64,000 nt of DNA from Chrysomallon squamiferum (lineage: Eukaryota; Animalia; Mollusca): contig CM022670.1 of NCBI GenBank assembly GCA_012295275.1, positions 31,186,001 through 31,250,000 on the forward strand, read 5' to 3'. Under the pieces are notes generated by a model. The model did not search any database. It was not told the DNA's origin and worked only from the letters and a program-made list of their open reading frames with translations. The translations under genes and the position numbers were made by a program. Positions 41,401 to 55,750 of the stretch are shown piece by piece. The first letter of the stretch is position 1; each line of letters opens with the position of its first letter.

Positions 41401-42552
41401 AAATAGAAAAGAATACAACTCAGAAAAAGAAACGGTGAGAATGGAATACCGACTAACTTTTCACGACTAGAGAGTCTTCCGGTACATATGACTCGCAGTT
41501 ACTTACGTCATCATTACAGGAACACTTGCGTAAAATACTTGAACTCAAAGGTGGAGATTCTGTAATGCACACTTCATATCGCTGCCTCTAATATCATTTA
41601 CCAGTTTGCAAGCCAATGTTTGCCTCGCAGCGTTTTTTGAAGTACTGGAATCGCTCGTGGGACCTTTTGCTAATCGCTGTGATAAAATAATTTGCAGTTA
41701 AATTACTTTAGCATTGCAGCGTGCAACAAATAAATTGAAAAATATTATTTCAATATCGATAACAGACTCGATCGAAGGTTTAATTTAAGAAATTTGCTGG
41801 TTTTAAATTTCTTTTTGAAAGGGGAAAAAATGAAAAGCTGGTCTTAGTATTTTTAAAATGGTATGAAAATGAAAAACAGATAAAACCCAGTGAACGCATT
41901 TTATTTTCTATATTGTTTCGATCACATGTAAGAAAGGAAAATTCTCTTGTACATGTAGCTTTGGAATTTGAATTAATCGATTTGGTATTTCAGAAAGAAC
42001 GAAAAATGTCATAAAGCTGAAACCTATTATAGCCAAATAAAATACAATGAAGTACAAGTAAAACCTGTCAAACTGAAAATTTCTCTACAACATTTGGTTC
42101 ATGGTTACATAGTAGATTTGTGACTCAGTTTTCAGTTGTCTTGCAGACATTTGTAAGACAAAAGGCTGGCAATTCTGAATGGAGATATTGTCTTTATTAC
42201 ATCTTGTGAAATTACTGAACTTTGGAGGTCTGTACTAAAATTACAGAAACGTGTTTATTCAGATCTTGTGGCAAAGTATGTAGTAAATATGTGTATAATG
42301 TTTCTGTTTAGCTATTATTAGAAAATCATGTCTTCTAATTAATTTGATCACAACAATACGGTAATATGAACAATGTAAAGTGTACGTTATCTTATCCTGT
42401 TTTTGAATTTTTATTTGGATATTAACTAAACCAAAGTTATATTATAAATATTTATTTTCATATTGTTTATGAATGATGGCAAGTGTTAATATTTTTCTTC
42501 TTTATTTTTGTGATGTGCGTAGCATCCTAACTATTAAGTTAATTAACATTAA

Positions 42553-42624
<72 letters not shown>

Positions 42625-44708
42625 TTCACACACAAACGTAAACGCTAAGGTAACTATCAACTGAGAAACAAATAACAAAAATATCAGTTTGCATTTAGAG
42701 AAATCAGTACTGACAAACCTGATAAACTAGACTAACATAAGACTTCATTTCCTAAGATACCAGTTCACAGATTCAGAAATAGCACTGTTTGACATTAGCA
42801 AACAGATGAGCCTTTCCATTTGCGTATTTTCTTCATTGCGTCACCTTTCAACAAAACATCCGCCGTAGATATAAAAGATTTCAGAAATGGAAGATAAAAT
42901 ATGAATACAATGAAATAGAGATTGAAAATACCATCTCAATTATGACTGGTTTCAATCAGTGCATTCATTGTCTGTTTCTATAAAAATTCTTTGATGGATA
43001 TTCGCGAGCTCAGAACATATAAAAGTTATGGATCCGCTTTGAACATTAGAAGTCCGTTACTTCCTTGATGACAAATTACCGATGAAGTACGCAATTGCTT
43101 CAGGGCATTGACATGACACAAACACAGACACAGATAAACAGGTAGACTGATAGATAGATAAAGAGATAGATACAGAAATAGATATAGATACGTAGATATA
43201 TAAATGTATAGATAAATATATTTTATTGAAATAATACAGTATATTTAACGTTTTAACTATAATATTAGCTTTTTGTTGCTTGTGTAATCTAGAATAGTAA
43301 GGTACAAAACAGTTAGTTAACTTCGACAAAAATAGCGTATAGGTTCTCTTGACTATCATAGAGTAAGCAGAGAAGTGTAATAATGTGATAAATATTCACC
43401 ATTATTTTCTGCTGAAAGATAATTGGAAGTTGGACCTAATATACTAGCTGGTGTTGTAAATGGTTGATTTCTTTAGTTAATTAAGAATAGAAATTTCAAA
43501 TTAATACTTGATGCTAATTAGTAAAACATAGGTTTCATAATTTCAATATCATATGATAATATATATTCAGTTTAAAAGAAAAGAAAAGAAAAATTCTACC
43601 TCATCTCACGCGGCGTCCGGATAGGATTATATGCAATACATTATTTTTCTACGTCTTCCGGAGATAGTTGGAATTTTAATGTTTTAAATCAATCAGATAC
43701 AGTATCATAAATATTCACTACGTTTATTATCTGACAATCCGTGTACTAGCATATCGACATGCAAGAGAAATACGGTTCTTTAAAAGAATAATCAAAAATA
43801 TATAAGTATGGTATTATCATCTTCGTCCTTAAAAGCTCTAAAATAAAGTGGGTCAAAAGTCATTGATACCAAAATGGTTTCTGATCGGATAATACCCTGA
43901 AACTAATTCCTTTCAGTCTAAAAAGCTTCAAGGTAGCTTCAAAACGCGCGGCTGTATTCAGGATAGCATTAGTATCTTTATTGGTTGTGACACAAATGAA
44001 AGTACACATGTCCAGTGAACTCTAAATACATCTTATGTTGAATCCATTTACTACCTAGACATTTAAAACACAGGCGACTGCAAAACCTTTCTGTACCTAA
44101 TGAAAACATCCTTAGTCCAGTGAGTAAAAGTAACGTAGTTTAACCACTCTTGTGTTACGTTAATCCATACTGTATTTCGATGGTGCTTTTATGCTTGTAT
44201 ATAATGAGTGATAAAGTTTGTATTTTGCAACTACATGCTTTTTGTTAGTGCGTCTTATTATAAAAATAGCATACACAAATAAATATTCAACCACATACCC
44301 ATACAAAGATTCCAGATATACACATACACAAACTCAAAAGATTTTGTTTTTTCCTACGGTTTCACATACAACTAAAATTCAAATGTTTTCTCTTATATTC
44401 TTCCATTTATTTATTTTATCTTTTTCCGCATTTGGTCCATCATAATTATTTTATTTTATTTTATTTCATTTTTGTTTCAGCTTATCATATGATTTGTTTG
44501 TTTTGTTTTGTTGTTGTTTCTGTTTAGTATAGTTTTGTTTTGTTTTTGTCCTGTATTTTTTATTTTTTTTTATTATTATTTTTTTTTTATTTTGCTCTAC
44601 TTACTCTGCTGAAAAGAATCATAAAAGTATTTACCAAGTCTCTTTCCAATGACCGATATTGTTTATATTAGGGGTGACGTAAAACGCAATTGTTTTTTAT
44701 TATTATTA

Positions 44709-44745
<37 letters not shown>

Positions 44746-45699
44746 CAAAAATTCATGTTTATTACCATAACCAATGTACATTTTAAAATTTATTTTAATT
44801 TTTTCTTCTTCTTTTTTTTCCCCCTTTTTGTATCTATTTGTTTAAAACATAACTTATTATATTCAACAGACGTATGGCATCTTCTCAAATCATATTGCAT
44901 GTTATACCGTGACAAAAATCACCTACTTCAAAAATACGATGTTTTGATGTATCAAGTTTTTAATACCAGTTTCCTACGTAATACTTCCTGCTTCTTTTTA
45001 TAAAGTTAAGAACAATTTCATTATATTTGTCTTGTTTATCATTTTGAAAAAAAAAAAAAAAAAAAAAAACGAGGAATAAAAGAAAGAGAAATAGTGTTTA
45101 ATCCTTTTCCGAGTACTTAATATTATAGGTCCTAACCTTTTAAACTCGCAGAGCTTTTCTTTCTTTCATTCCTTTTACTAGTAATACGTTATTAGTTTGT
45201 AAATCCGGCATTCGCACGAAGCACCATTGGATGGTTTATATGACATGCACAGACATTAGACGAAATCACTGAAGGCATTATTGAAAGCGAATATAAATTA
45301 GCGGAAGTCATTTATTAATAATTTTTAGAGACATATGTATGCCTGAATGAATATTATAATTTATTTTGATGTAATTAGCGAGAATCTTGTCCAATATTTC
45401 ATTAGAAAAAAATTAATCTTAAGTTTTAACGTGTACAGAAATATATAAAGATAAAGCATGTAGTGTTTTCGTAAAATCTTTTAATACTTAAAATTCTGGT
45501 TTAGATCTGGCATAGGGGAGAAGGAAAGAGAGAAATGTTTTATTTAAGGATATTTTACGGGTTAAATAACGTCATATATAAAATTAAGACTCACCCGCTG
45601 ATTTAGTTATTTGGGCTATTGTTTTTGGTTACATTGACTTCAAAGGATATATTATAAGCAGTTTCCCAATGATGCGAAAACACACTCCATGCCTTTTGA

Positions 45700-45830
45700 T
45701 AAACTGAACATGGAGTAGTGGATGTATTGGAGAAAGATGCAATGGAGTCCGAGCAGGATTGATCCTGCGATCAGTAACGTCCCAGCCAGGAGCTTTGCAC
45801 TGAACAGCTGAGGGAAGAAACAAATATCCG
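45700..45830 (-). mobile_element. Possible degraded tRNA-derived SINE head
   Basis: Minus strand GTTCAGTGCAAAGCTCCTGGCTGGGA...GATCGCAGGATCAATCCTGC shows A-box-like and B-box-like segments with a T-arm-like hairpin (GCAGG ATCAAT CCTGC); GC-rich relative to flanks. Confidence 0.35.
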
Positions 45831-47129
45831 GCATATGAAAACAATTGTGGAAAGTCTCAATAATAATAATGATGATGATGATGACAACGATGATGATACA
45901 AACATTTTATTTGCTTTAATTGTTTATGTTTTAGAGGTCCAAGGACAGGAATCCATTACATGACCATTTTGATTGACTATTCACATTAAATAACTCCATT
46001 CCATTTACAAACAAATTTAAAAGCATAAGTCGGCTCAATTTCATTTCCAAACAAATTTCTATGCAAATAAAGGTTATAAATTTCAAAATTAATTTAAATA
46101 CTGTCAACATATTAAAATATATTTGTAGCAGCAGTAATAAATCTTTGCAGTTATAACTCGCACGGCGCCAACAGCGATATAAATAAGCATTCATCTACTA
46201 GTCTGAAGTGCGTTGTCTTAATATTTTTATTACTGACATCAATATGTTGTTTGCATCGTCGAAGTCTTAATCAAAGTTAAGCAAATCGAAAGATTCCGGC
46301 TGACATTGGCATTGTAAAAGAATTCTCATAACTGCCATATGTTTGACAGCCTGTGGCAGGCGATTAAAGCAGAGAATTGCTAATCAAACATGCTTTGCTG
46401 GCCTCACCAACTGAAAAGCTCAACATGTTTTCACTGATTTGATAATCGTGTAAAAGCTGGGAGTAATTGTCCCCCAGTGAAATTTTGATTTGCTATTGAA
46501 TTTGTCTCGTGAGTTAAACAACAGGTTTGTGATAGAGAACATGGTGAAATTGTTTTCAAAAAATATCGTAACAAAAGACTAATCCCTCATTATATAAATA
46601 CAGTCAAAACATAACTTTAGAAAGGGACACTAAAGTTTGTTTTAATTTGTTTGATTTTTCATTATCTATTTCTTCAACTCTTTCCATTTCCTTTTCTTTT
46701 TAATTTTTCTTTATTTATTTTTTAAATATCTTGTTATTTTTCAAATGTTATACTTGATCCATAACTGACAAGATGAATATCCTATTCGATCATAAGATAT
46801 CTCTATAAAATCAGTTTAATTTGAAGTAGGTCTGTACTTCTGTTCGTTTTGCCGTTTGTTTTAATGTCATATTATAACCATGTCATATCACAGTAGTAGA
46901 AGGTAAACAGATAGAAACAGAGACAGAAAGAGGAAGATAGGCATGTAAAGGTACGTAGGTAGGTACAAAAATAGAGATTATGATGGATGGAAGGATGCAG
47001 GTATTCACAAACATACGTGGTTTCGTTTCTTGTTTCTTTCTCGTCATTTTACTTTTAACTTGTATTTAACTCTGAGAGATATAAGTTCAATATTTGATAA
47101 CGACTTTAATTTGGAAAATGTATCTGTAA

Positions 47130-47181
<52 letters not shown>

Positions 47182-48979
47182 GTTTGAAATAAATCTTATT
47201 CCTACATTTTAATTAAATGAACTGAACAGCGGTGGGTTTTTTGTTGGTTTTGGGGGGGGGTTTTGGGGGGGTTCAATCGATGCCTATAATGAACAGACCA
47301 AAAATATTTTTTATATATATATATGTTTAAAGTATTTTTCTTTTGTTTGTTTTTTTTGTTGTATTTTTTTGTATTTTTTTTCTTTTCCTCTTATTTTTCC
47401 ATAAACCTAGAGGAAATTCTAATTTTAATATATTAATATAATTATGTAATTATAATCTGTTGTTTCTGTCGAAAGATAGCAGAAGAAACGTTTAAAATCT
47501 AAATGTAAACGGTTAGCAAGATAAATGGCTAATAAAATATGTTTCCTTAGACTTCTTTCCCTAATCCTATGGCCTAGCGGTTAAATCTGGTAATATCTTA
47601 TTCTCTGGTAACTTCTTAATTCACTAACACGTAATCCATTTAAGATGATGCTTTACTCAGAAATTATTATTTAAGGAATCATATTTTCAGACGACAGGTC
47701 TCCTTTTATTTTATTTGGTTATGTTATTTTATTTTATATATTGTTTTTAATATTCTAACTGAACAGTTTGACAAATAGATAAGCGTATGCCATTTTGTAT
47801 CGCTACAAAGGCTGTAATAGAGCTAATTTTAACGTTTACATCCGCAGTTTCGATATTATCAGCGTATTATTTCCATGCACATCTGTAATATTCGGTTACA
47901 TGTAGATCATTTGCACTGTAATGATGCGGTGTCAGTTGTAAAACTGTTGTCGTTAATCATCAGTATTTTTACTGTAAGCATCAGTTAGATAGCGACATCC
48001 ATCAGAACGTCCATTCCACCTGTGTCACTGTGATTTTATTTCAATAAAAATAAAAATGGATTAATTGACACCGTTACATAATCACCTACATTGATACACA
48101 GCATAATTAAAAGAATAAAGTAAGATTATTTCAAATAAATTTTATTCAGATTCCAACGTTCTTTAAAATCTGTATTTAGAATCTCTTTCACTGACTAGGT
48201 CAAACATTGCATTCATTAATCAAACCAGATCAGTTACAAAGCTTTTATCTATGAATCCGAAACTGACTGAATATTACAATTAATTTACACTGCCGCATTC
48301 TCACATTTCGGTTTCTACATTTATTTTTTATAAAAGTATTAATGTCAGCGACAAAGTAGATAATTATTAACTGTTTGAAAAGATACAAAGAGAATAGAGG
48401 TAAATAACGTATAGGTTTTTTTATGGGTGGTTTTTGAGCTTTTATTGTTTTTTACTGATAGGTTTTTTAAATTCATTGAAACCTAACAGAATAGGTTTAC
48501 TTATACTTGTGACAAATGCTAAAAATATCTTCAAGATTCCAAAAGAAATGACAGTTTATGCTATAATAAAACTATCATATTTAACTATTATATGATATAA
48601 ATAAAATATATATATATATATATATATATGTAAAATGGTATCAACTTTTTCAGAACCTTGTAAAATGGTTCGGTTAACCTCCCTTTTTCTGAAATACATA
48701 AAAGTACTTGTTAAATAATACGGTCTATTCTAGACCAAAATTAGAATATGAAAGTTTCACCGTACATCTGGAATTTGTTTCTATTTTATTCACATTAAGA
48801 GCGGGGGACAGTGATTAATTAATCTGTGTCTCTGATTTCAATTACTTCACAAATAAATAAGAACAAAATTTGTTACAAAGACTGTCTTAGTAAATATATC
48901 TCACGAGATAAAGTAAAATTCTTTGAAATTTGACCTCGTGGTTGAAGTATTTTCTGAATAAAGAATGAAACACCGTTGG

Positions 48980-49064
<85 letters not shown>

Positions 49065-49398
49065 CTCAGTAACGTGAACTCGTCTTTCGTTGCTTAAAAC
49101 CTCCAGATAAGTCATGTAGAGTGGGCAGAGAAAGAAAGGCAGAGATATGCAGACAATGGGACAAATAAATAGTCAGAGAGACAGAGAAGAACAGAAAAAG
49201 AGTAAGGTAGAGAAAGGACTACATGGAGAGAGAGGAAAGAAACACAGAAAGGAGGGTACAGAGAAACGCACAGACAGGGAATATAAACTAAACAGAGGCG
49301 CTAAAGTCATTTACCTATGGAAAACGCTAGAAATTCTGTTTGCCTATGGAAATTCACAGAGGTTTATTCTGACAATAACATTTTTAGCTTTGTAGAAA

Positions 49399-50585
49399 AT
49401 CCAGTAACAGACGTAATATACGTCTTATCCAGCGGAAGAAAACGAACGTAACAAATATTAAATACAACATATTTGTAAGGTCATAACAAACAGATTGTTG
49501 ACATTATTCGAACAGATGATGTAAGTATCGACTTACAGTAAACGCAAAACATCTAATACAAAGAATAAACACTGAAAGAACAAAGAAACGAATGCTACTT
49601 AATCGTAATTTACTTCATGCTGTCTTAAAATATGTTCTCAATAGATCGTTTCTTTACATTTTTCATTAAATTTCTATTATTATTATTATTATTATTATAA
49701 TTATGCCACCCACATACTCCTTTGATTAACCCCGTTGATATGATTTTGTCAGATAGGACTAATACTTATTTTTGACATTTGTTTTCAATTATCATTTGAG
49801 GTGATTACTTAGGATTTAGGTATAGTTAGAACCAGATTACAAAACAGAATAATTAAATGATGTCAAATAATTATGTTATTTTTAGATTATGTCGGTACTG
49901 AATGAATCAAAGGTAAGAAGCAGACGTGACAAGTAAAGGTATTATAGACGTTTTGTCATTAATGTTACAAGATAAGAATCAATGACATTAACTGTATTCA
50001 CATTTACTGTACAATTATAGCGTAATGAAGAATTGCATACATACACACATACATACATAGATACATAGATACATGCATACATAGATACATACATACATAC
50101 ATACATGCATGCATACATACATACTTACATGCATACATACATACATATATACATATATGCAAATATGTGTGTTATGGTGGATAGGTTAGTGTGGGTTGTC
50201 TCTATTCGTGTTTCTGTGATTGCATTTGTATATATCAGAAATACTTATAAATGCCATAGTATTTTTTTTCTTTCTTTGTTGTTGTTGTTTGTTTTGTTTT
50301 TTTTTTTTTTTTTTGCTCATTGATAGTCTTGGCTAAGATATAATATCTCCTATTTACTTCTAATCCTGTAAGGTTTTAACCCTTCTTCTTTCTCTTCTCT
50401 CTCTCTCTCTCTTTTCCTCTCTCTCTCTCTCTTTGTGTGTGTGTTTGTGTGTGTATGTGTGTGTGTGTGTGTATATATATATATAATGAGAAACAGACAG
50501 ACGTCTACCTATCTGTTATCATCTGTTATCATCTGTTTATCTATCCATGGGTCAACATAGCATTTATATTTTTATGCTCACTGAA
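49399..50585 (+). repeat. Dispersed duplication, copy 2 (of 4484-5283), with expanded microsatellite interior
   Basis: Same collinear blocks as copy 1; homology resumes after the microsatellite region (CATTTAT.TTTT.AT.CTCACTGAA near 5258-5282 and 50561-50585). Confidence 0.9.
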
Positions 50586-51023
50586 AAATAATATTTTATA
50601 AATACTCAACGACGATACCCACCCACATATTTCCTAAATATAAATAAAATACGAGAAAGAAAGCTGATTCAGTCTTGAAATGTCGTTTCCATACCAACAA
50701 TTATTTGTTTATACTGATTAACTCACCTTGTCTTTGTTATTTCAATTCAAATATCTTAATCTTTGATTTACAGGACAACAGAAATGGGTCATCATAATTT
50801 GTTTTTTTTTCTTTCACTTGCTATTTTCTGATTTGGGGGATTCTTACGGTTTTACAAAGCTTTGATAAATGACACGATTTTCGATTGAATGTGAGCTTAA
50901 TATGCTGATATTTAGTAACAATGACGTAAATAATATAAAAATTAGTGACAGCTGTTCTGGACAGATCAAAATTAATTACAGACGTTACTGAATCAAAGTC
51001 AAACCTTTTTTTTCTTCTTTCTC

Positions 51024-51093
<70 letters not shown>

Positions 51094-52847
51094 TGGAGAT
51101 CTTTTTATTACTGTTCTTGTTCTTGTTTTTCATGGAAGAACATAATGTATTAAAGGATCCAAATAGTTTTCGTTTTTAGAAAACACATAAGCTGTTAACA
51201 AAAATGTTTTGTAATGTTTTTGTATTCTTATTTTGAGTATCGTGGATTCTATTTGGAACTATATTTCTTTACTGTTATTATTATTTTAAATTTCATTTTA
51301 TTTATTTAATGTTATTTCTGAATCTCTATATTTAAATTATGTTTTATATGTTGGTCGATTCGAGAGGCACAAATATTTTATCCACTTATTTCATCTTTTC
51401 CATTCTATTCCAAATAAATGATATAAAAATAAAATAATATTTGCTAAATAAATATAAGGAATCACAAGGTTTTTAAAATTAGTTTTTTCTGTTATTTCTT
51501 TCTATTTTTCTTCAGAATGATGATATCATAGTTATTTTATAGATATCATAATTATTGGTTAGTTAATTATTATTGTCATTTCCTTGTAATTAATGTACTT
51601 TTCCCATTATTTTTCTATTTCTGATACTAGATAAGGGAGTGAAAAAAAGTCGAAAAAGTAATAAACCTCATTTAACCTTTCGTCAGTTTCAAATAAATGT
51701 TCTTAAGATTATCATAAAATTAAAATTAGAATTTAGTTAAGTTTATTCATGATAAATAGACGTAATTTTTTTCCGTCCTGGAATCTGAAACACGTAATTT
51801 AGTTACTTCAGCAGGAAGAAATTCTCCGAATTTCTAATAAAGTTCTTTTTACTTATTCAAAATAGTGCTATACCAATAACAGCAGTGCCATCGTTCGACA
51901 AAACTAATCGATTTTATCTTTACATTGTACTTCTGCGGAACGTTACAAGTTTCCAGTCTTTCCTGGGTCGCAATATGAACTTCCGTTGACACAGAAAAGG
52001 AAGTAGCAAAGAATGCTTGTACAGGGGTTTTAAGATTACCTTCGATTTTTGAGAGAGTCAGCTATTAGGACGTGACTGCCTGTATTTTTTAAGCCGGGTT
52101 AACAATGCAAGCCAAAACTAATTTCTATATATAACTACACGACTCAACTGGATGTGTTAAGCAACGACGAAAGAGTTTAAAAACCTTTGATATTTCTTTA
52201 CATACATTGGCTGTAATGTGAACTAGAGGACGTCGTCTGTTGGTGCTCGCACACGTGACATTTACAACGGAGTGCGCTTCAAAATGAGCGGAGAAGGTGA
52301 TTATATTCTGCAATTGTGGCCTTAAATCAATAAATCTTGAAAAAATATTGTCACCTACTTCAAGTTCAATCTATTGTTGTCTTACCGCATTTTTCAAAAA
52401 TCTAATTGTTTTATTATATTTAAAGAACTGTCTGCAAACCCCAGTGTTACATTATTCAGTTTACTTATTAAGGCATTTAATATTAAATACAAATTTGTAT
52501 GTACATATTAATGAGAATAATTAGTATACATGTTTGTAAACGTTTGTGTTTGTCAATTACGTAATCTTTATGATAACAATCCAAAAAGATATGTTCCATC
52601 TCAGTGTATGTGGTGTACGGAGTGTTACTGACTTCGTGTATGTTGGTGTACGGATTGTTGCTGATCAATATATTGTATTTTGAGAACATACCATAAACGT
52701 AACTGAATTAATCGACTGGTTTGATGCAATTTACATAAAGGGCCACTATGACTATCTCGTGTTTATAAGACGTTAAATAATGGTTGTATTTTTTCTTTTC
52801 TTTTCTGACTTTAAAATGTACAATGTACCATTGTTATTATTGCATAG

Positions 52848-53672
52848 AGAAACACGATGCCTTCCACGATATTTTGAAGCACACTAATCAGAAGCATTGT
52901 ATTAAACAGTATCAATAAGGAAACAACATCTGTGTGAAATATCCAGCATATGAAAGCATTCACTTCCCCAAAATCAAAGAAAAGACACCGCAGTCACCTT
53001 TAGATACTAACCCTGTTAAACGTCGTAAAACTGATGCAGAACCCTGTAACTCCACATCAGTTACCCGGAGAACAAGACAACAACAAATCAAACACAAATC
53101 AATAAAACACATGCATATATTCAGACTGATCAACTAAGTGTATGTGTCGACAATAAACTTCTTGCTGAGGAGGAGATAGAATCTTTAAAACAAATATGTG
53201 CATATATAACCACATACCTGTCAGAAGTTAGCAAGTCAGGACATTTAAAAGAAAGGAATTGCATTATTCGATTGATAGGTCAGTCTTGTTTTCCCACGAA
53301 TAATCTTGCATATCTGCTGTTTCTGGATGTTATTAGGTGGTTTTCCCAAGAGAACACATGTGCAATGAGGTACTGCCAGAAAGTTAAACTATTTTGATCA
53401 ATCTGCAAGAGCGGAAAGAAAACCCCAAAGAACGCGTTCATCAATTACACCATTGTTACAGCCAGCTAGAAGAATATTTGGAGTGAGGTCTGAACGACAT
53501 CATTTTAACGAAGATTCCGTCACATATTACAGAAGGAATAGATCTGTTGTAGATGAGATACTAATTATCCCCATCATGAAATCGTCTTTGAACATTTATT
53601 GTGTTTTAAGACTAACAAATATTGTCATATATCTCAGACAAGATAGAAATAGCTCTAAACGAGTTTTATTAA
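52848..53672 (+). pseudogene. Fragmented large-ORF remnant (putative transposon-encoded protein)
   Basis: After acceptor ttgcatAG (52847): EKHDAFHDILKHTNQKH (half zinc-finger-like) ...PVKRRK (NLS-like); frameshift to a stop-free frame 53050-53397 not in the ORF track, ending FPTNNLAYLLFLDVIRWFSQENTCAMRYCQKVKLF*; then a stop-riddled frame LQERKENPKERVHQLHHCYSQ...IEIALNEFY* ending at 53672. Confidence 0.6.
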
Positions 53673-53852
53673 AAAGCTGTACAAGTTGTTTCTTTTAAGT
53701 AAAAGGGAAGAAGACTGAGATTTAGCAAGATGACAACACCATTTATGTATGCAAAAAAAATATATATATATAATAATAATAATTAATAAATAAATGAAAC
53801 ATTATGACCTGAAAGACATATTTATTTCTCAAAGCTAAAACGTTACACCCGT

Positions 53853-54290
53853 TTATTTTGACATGGCTGGACATATTTTTTTATGTTTTGAAATTACAGA
53901 TCACCATTTGAATTTCCGACCACATTCTTTTAACAGCCTTTTTGAACGCCACACACTTTTGCAAAAGGGGTCTTGGCACGTAAATATCTTGTTTCCAGTG
54001 CACTGTTTAACATGTCTTGCCAAATTATAAATTTAATTCAAAGACTTGTCGTACTTTGCTTACGTAGGGCTGCAGTGGTATATGAGTTGACACCTGGAAC
54101 AAGTCACGCCAATGATATCCTTTGTTGCAAATAATTTTGTTGCACCTATTTATACCACATTCTTCACAAACGAAGCTGTGGGCACTAACTCTATGACTTC
54201 TCATTTGTTCCGCTGTCTCAAACGTTTGGGAACAGCAACAGTATATCAGTTCCTGGCCATGTGTTTCAGTCGCTAATATATCCATATCAT
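53853..54290 (-). pseudogene. Decayed multi-zinc-finger (C2H2/C2HC) gene
   Basis: After minus-strand acceptor ttttatattacAG: YCCCSQTFETAEQMRSHRVSAH, FVCEECG, then in a shifted frame with in-frame stops: DKSLN*IYNLARHVKQC, FTCQDPFCKSVWRSKRLLKE, ECGRKFKW*SVISKHKKICPAMSK*. AATAAA on the minus strand at 53852-53857 and 53821-53826. Confidence 0.75.
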
Positions 54291-55356
54291 CTGTAATATA
54301 AAATTAAACTTTGTTACTATGTGAATGAAGCCTACTTAGAATCAGACAAGTCTGTATAAAATTTAAATAAAATTAATTATAAAATTTTAGTTGGCATTTA
54401 TTGGACTGAACATCTGTTTGCATATAATTATATAATGTAACGTCGTTTTACAAAAGTAAGCTTACTCTAAACTGATATAGCACCAGAAAAGTAAAACATT
54501 GATAAACAACACTCTGTACAAAGCAATATTTGAGAAGTCAATTAATTTCAAACTTAAAATAAGAAAAGACTTCACCTACTGTTGCTGTAAATGTCACGTG
54601 ATCGATCACCAACAGTCGACGTTATACACAGTGATCCATTAATTTTGTCTTGCAGGGGTTAGGGTTAGTTCATCACCATTACTGAATTTGACTGGCAACA
54701 AAACTAAAACTCTGATAAGATCTGTAAATTAAATTTATGTAGCTGCAACTCTGTTTTATTATTATTATTGTTGTTGTTGTTGTTATATTATTAAATCTGT
54801 CCTTCTTACTGTTGATGATGACGGCGGTGATAATTTTGTGGCGATATATGTAGCATATAGTTAACCACAGTATTGAATATTATACATTATTTGTATTTGT
54901 TTTCAGCAAATTAATATTTATTACTTGATTCTTAATTAAATTTAATGAACATAAATTATAAGGTAGACATATTTGTGAAAGGAAAGTGTGAAATAAATTA
55001 AAATAAATTATTCGATGGTCTAATGACATTGTGTGAAGAATTCTAGCCTTCCTTTATTATATTTTTAATATTACTATATATTTTTACTGCATAAAAAAAG
55101 TGTATCTGCGTCCAGCAACTTTCCTTCGAACGGAGATCTGACAAGTACAGACACTTTAAGACTTCATGACAAATGTTACTGAAAGCAAATGTAATAAGTG
55201 ATCGAGTAAAAAAGAAAAAACAAAGTAAAACAGAGTTCATAAATGTCAGCTTTGGAGACATGATTCTGATTGCAAAACAGAGAAATAACCCCGTTCAGCT
55301 GCATGCTCTTTGTTACCGTTGATAGCCCTTCTTGTTATGTTACTGAAAGTGACTCG

Positions 55357-55449
<93 letters not shown>

Positions 55450-55649
55450 TCTCTAACACTAATAATAATTATACAATTTTGATATTCAAGAATGCAATAT
55501 ACATAAAGTAGGCGTATAATCTTTTTCTCTATTAAAAAAGTTTTAACTGTGTTACTTTAATAAGATCGACAAGTTCTGTTCCCTCCTACATAGTGTCAGA
55601 AATCTAATTAATTCTTTACAAAATTAAATGTTACATAAAGCTATTCAAC

Positions 55650-55750
<101 letters not shown>

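Larger units (their letters stand above)
52230..54622. mobile_element. Decayed, probably internally deleted two-gene DNA transposon bounded by 39-bp inverted repeats (superfamily unassigned)
   Basis: Left ACGTCGTCTGTTGGTGCTCGCACACGTGACATTTACAAC (52230-52268) vs reverse complement of right 54584-54622 ACGTCGACTGTTGGTGATCGATCACGTGACATTTACAGC: 34/39 identical. Encloses two convergent pseudogenes with AATAAA signals between them. TSD and exact termini not resolved. Confidence 0.7.

Noticed and set aside
47230-47272. G-tract cluster with G-quadruplex potential
   Set aside because: Simple G/T low-complexity slippage tract with no associated feature.
54654-54668. Telomere-like GGGGTTAGGGTTAG next to the inverted-repeat element
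   Set aside because: Only about two units; too short to distinguish from chance.
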